Positions 60,476 to 63,622 of a DNA stretch of 63,622 nucleotides are shown here, piece after piece. The notes below the pieces were generated by a model that saw nothing but the letters and a program-made list of their open reading frames with translations, was not told the DNA's origin and did not search any database. How positions within the stretch are numbered: position 1 is the first letter of the stretch; each line of letters starts with the position of its first letter. The stretch is taken from NCBI GenBank assembly GCA_000320545.1, contig ADNK01003131.1, forward strand, positions 1 to 63,622, read 5' to 3'. Both the position numbers and the translations under genes were made by a program. This stretch comes from Bigelowiella natans CCMP2755 (taxonomy: Eukaryota > Protista > Cercozoa).

Positions 60476-61351
60476 TCAGCAGCGAACACGAAACATGATA
60501 ATACATAGATACATACCCGTAGATCTTTCCTGGCTCAATTTCATATCGCTTCGTCACGCGTGTATCAGGACCAGGCTGCAGAGGCAAAGCAGCCCAATTT
60601 CCATAGGTAGTCTCCTTTTGCGTGTACTCTTTTGTATGATAGATAGAAAGTACAGCACGATGTGTTTACATAAGATAGATATTGATAATGATGATGATGA
60701 TGATGATGATGATGATAATCATAGCACACCAAGACATTTCAAAGACAGCATCTCCCCCTCCTCCTCCTCTTCTCGTCTTCATGATAAAATGTAGTGGCCT
60801 ACCTTTCGCATGAGCAGAGACTTTTCTTCTTGAGGAAGAAGAGAATAGGAAGTGGGAGGGGCGAAATGAGGTTTGACTGCGATTTTCCAGTGTGTTGCTT
60901 ACAGCAGCTTCAATGGGGGGGATCAGATAACAGCATATCGAAGAAAACACACAACGAAAGCAATCATCAATACCAAACGAGTCTTGTACGAACACAAACA
61001 CAAAATCACGCAGCCATATATGTTACCAGATGTCAATGATCGTTTCAGAAATAAAGATGGTGATGACGGTGATAGCATTCCAGCAGTCCTCCTCCCACCA
61101 CGTTGTAATAGCCTTGGAGACAAGCCAAGTTGGTTGTTTACGGAGGAGGGGGAGGAGGAGGAGGGAGACGTAGGAAAGAATGGAGGCGATGAAAAGGGCA
61201 GCTTGAAAGAAAAGACAGCTGGGGAATCATCGTGAGTAGTATCTGTGAGAGCCAAAACCGCAAGCGCTGATAAAATGGCAATTGTTACTGCAAAAATGGA
61301 AAGTGGTGCTGCCGCCTCCTTCGACCGTCGTTCCCTACTGCCAGCGCCCAT
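55866..61351 (-). CDS. DUF4336-family protein (cyanobacterial/plastid type) with a bipartite signal+transit-like presequence
   Basis: Motifs FEQKFGTLDVLVNIRMT|VVVLKDGGLLVYSPIAATPQC, VKHIILPTTA|VEHKVFFGPF, YVAPGQ|WSFPLNLPL, LAPFVEAAFYHKSTRTLMVTDS, LFVSPIVQ|VLVFSQAP, IIPAHFQAPI. The N-terminus has hydrophobic SIFAVTIAILSALAVLAL followed by a Ser/Pro/Arg-rich region. Confidence 0.85.
58689..58873. repeat. Intronic tandem repeat, 3 x 62 bp
   Basis: The unit GTTGTTGTTGTTTGGGGTTGATGTGGAAGGAGATCATTGGCTGCTGTCATGTGTGTATTGTA is repeated three times almost exactly. Confidence 0.92.
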
Positions 61352-62294
61352 GCTGAGGAGGAGAGTAGTAGCAACCCTATAATATTATTAAGCGGAGAGG
61401 GAGGGAAAGATAAATAAGGAGAGAATCTGATAACCCGCAGTAGTTCACTTATGAATCACCACTAAAATACTACATCCATCTCATGTCCACGTCGTCTGCG
61501 ACGCCCCCTCTCATCTGGTAGGTTTCCCCTTAACACCGATCAACACAATAATGGATGAGAAGAAAAATTAGAATAAGAAACTACTACCAGTGCTTTGAAG
61601 TTGTTTATGGGCGTCGTTTGGCCGTCGTGGTGGTCCTCCCTGTTCTCTACGTTGTTGTGACGACGAGGAGGAGGTTGTGTGGAGGAGCTACGATGATCGT
61701 CGTCGTTGTCTCCTTTTAATCGTCGTCGTCGTCATGCTTTGTCGCAGCAATGAAGGAGACTGCGTCTTCCGAATTATTAATTGAACAAATATTACCTGAT
61801 GAATGCAGGCCATTTATAACAGAAGCAATGCCCGTTATCTTGTCGGCAGAACAAATTACTCGATCATCCCGAAAAAAATTTGTAAACAAAATTTCCGTTA
61901 AAATTTGGTGCACGCACACCTCCTCCTCCTCGGGTCATTTTTCGGTAGTAGGAGTACTCCTACGAACGATTCATTCATCGAGGTTGGGACTATTCAGGGA
62001 ACCCTCCCCTCGATCAGGGACTCACGATACGATAATCTCCACGTGCTACTATTGCTGAACCAAATAGATGGTGGTGTATGATGATGGGATAAGACGATGG
62101 TGACGATGATCAAGACAGCAGTATAGAAGTGGGATCACCTAGGCCAACCCAAGGGGAAGACATTAGCATAGAACAGGGGAATCCAGTAAGCAAGGCTGGT
62201 AAGTACTTGAGCTAGACCAACAAAGGAGGAATATCAGTCAACTTAGTTTGCAGATAGACCATAAACGCAGGAACCTCGCTCAGCTGGCGGAATA

Positions 62295-63326
62295 ATGCTT
62301 CTGAGGCTGTCACTCTTATTTTCTCTCACAATCCTTGCACATACAACCCCACAAAGCACTGCCAAATCAAGAGATAAACCTCGACGTCGGTTTGTAGGCC
62401 TTCTAATCGGAAAAGGGTTAAAAGCACTGAGGTATGCTGCTGTAAGTACTGCTCAGGCCTCTGGAAGGGTATCACTCGCCCTTCGTACAAGGATTTCTGT
62501 CTTTAGAGCCAAACGTCGATACTACAGGGACAAGAAGAAGGCCGATGAGCTCGATAGGGACAACATTCACGGATCTCCTCCAACATTGAAGCCTCCAAGG
62601 AACAACTGGTGGTGGTGGCTTTGCTGCTGCTGTGGTTGTGTGTGTTGCAAAGGGGGTAGCTCTTGTTTACCAGGAGCAGGACCGGGGTTTGGAGCGGCTT
62701 TCGACTGTATTCTGCCTAGAAGTTTATGGGTACCGAACACTCCATCAATAGCTGCGCTACTTATGGAAGATATTTCCGACGATGTAAACAGCACCTCTTT
62801 AAGTAGTAGTAGCAGTAATATTCCTGTTACTAGCTCCGCTGCTACCAAGAAGACAGGATTTATGGGCAGGTGGACAAAGACTACCGAAGTTAACCAAAAT
62901 TGGGCTTTGGAATTGCTTGGATATACCAAAGTGCAACGAGCAATAATCGAGCGCGTTCGCTTACCTTTAGATATCCAGCTCTCAAACGCATCTTTTGTGG
63001 TGCGCACATGTGGTATAAGGACATTTCACACGAGCTACCCACTAGATGGAAGAGAGATATGTTATCCAAGGAGAGACGGTAGACCAGGACACTGTCGTGC
63101 TAAGATATTGAGGTATTCTAATGAAACCGTAGTGCTATCTTTAGATTGGGACGAGCCTCATGGAGGACGCAACATACAGACCTATAAGATACAACACGCA
63201 ACAGGAGATAGCGAGCAACAGCGTAATATTTTACTTGTGGAGAATAAAATTACCCTCAAGACCCCAGACCGTGCTAATCGTAGTCAAGTCACCTCACATG
63301 TAAAATTTAAGCGCATGATCCGATAA
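62295..63326 (+). CDS. Uninterrupted ORF with a signal peptide, a Trp/Cys cluster and a C-terminal calycin/FABP-like beta-barrel
   Basis: 343-aa ORF with signal MLLRLSLLFSLTILA, a basic region, WWWWLCCCCGCVCC, then FMGRWTKTTEVNQNWALELLGYTKVQR (GxW motif plus helix-turn-helix pattern of FABPs) followed by beta-strand-like segments. Confidence 0.65.
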   Translation: MLLRLSLLFSLTILAHTTPQSTAKSRDKPRRRFVGLLIGKGLKALRYAAVSTAQASGRVSLALRTRISVFRAKRRYYRDKKKADELDRDNIHGSPPTLKPPRNNWWWWLCCCCGCVCCKGGSSCLPGAGPGFGAAFDCILPRSLWVPNTPSIAALLMEDISDDVNSTSLSSSSSNIPVTSSAATKKTGFMGRWTKTTEVNQNWALELLGYTKVQRAIIERVRLPLDIQLSNASFVVRTCGIRTFHTSYPLDGREICYPRRDGRPGHCRAKILRYSNETVVLSLDWDEPHGGRNIQTYKIQHATGDSEQQRNILLVENKITLKTPDRANRSQVTSHVKFKRMIR

Positions 63327-63622
63327 AGGAATCAAGTGAGGGAGGGAGGTCCAACTTTGCATTTAGATATCCACACACTGATCGAGATCATCCAGAAGTA
63401 TTAATCATGGAATGATGTACCAAATGAAGTCGTTTGATTGTAACTGGAATATGCAAATATGATCGCTCGAAACCTGCATATACGTACATGCGATGCAATG
63501 CAAAGGCATGTCTGCTAGAATCAAAATAACGATTATTTCAAATTTCCTCGCCTAGGGCGCGAGAGCCAAAGCGTCTCTTGCAGTAATAACTAGATAATGC
63601 AAGGGGTCCACTGAAGCAGGCA

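Overview
This is eukaryotic nuclear DNA with dense GT-AG introns, many of them full of microsatellites. It is most likely from a chlorarachniophyte or related secondary-plastid rhizarian; this is inferred from signal+transit-type presequences on plastid-type proteins, the DHFR-TS fusion, and the RhoGEF/DENN/Arp1 genes. Manual exon reading gives about 14 protein-coding genes in order: partial class-III aminotransferase-like (-), Arp1/centractin (+), secreted LamG protein (-), Asp/Asn beta-hydroxylase-like (+), bestrophin-like channel (-), nucleotide-sugar transporter (+), JmjC hydroxylase (-), DH-PH RhoGEF (+), class I PDE (-), DENN+PDZ protein (+), DHFR-TS (-), CEP295-like protein (+), DUF4336 protein (-), calycin-like protein (+). 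The most striking feature is architectural. Every neighbouring gene switches strand, some head-to-head gaps are under 100 bp, and each tail-to-tail gap carries a distinctive palindrome-rich block, with six exact copies of CATGCTAGCATG across four of them. Other highlights are a probable protist CEP295 homologue, an Arp1 lesion removing the actin-Q137-equivalent residue, and a bestrophin with a long BST4-like tail. Most short ORFs in the supplied track are microsatellite or antisense artefacts. Gene boundaries were read by eye and the 5' ends are the least certain.
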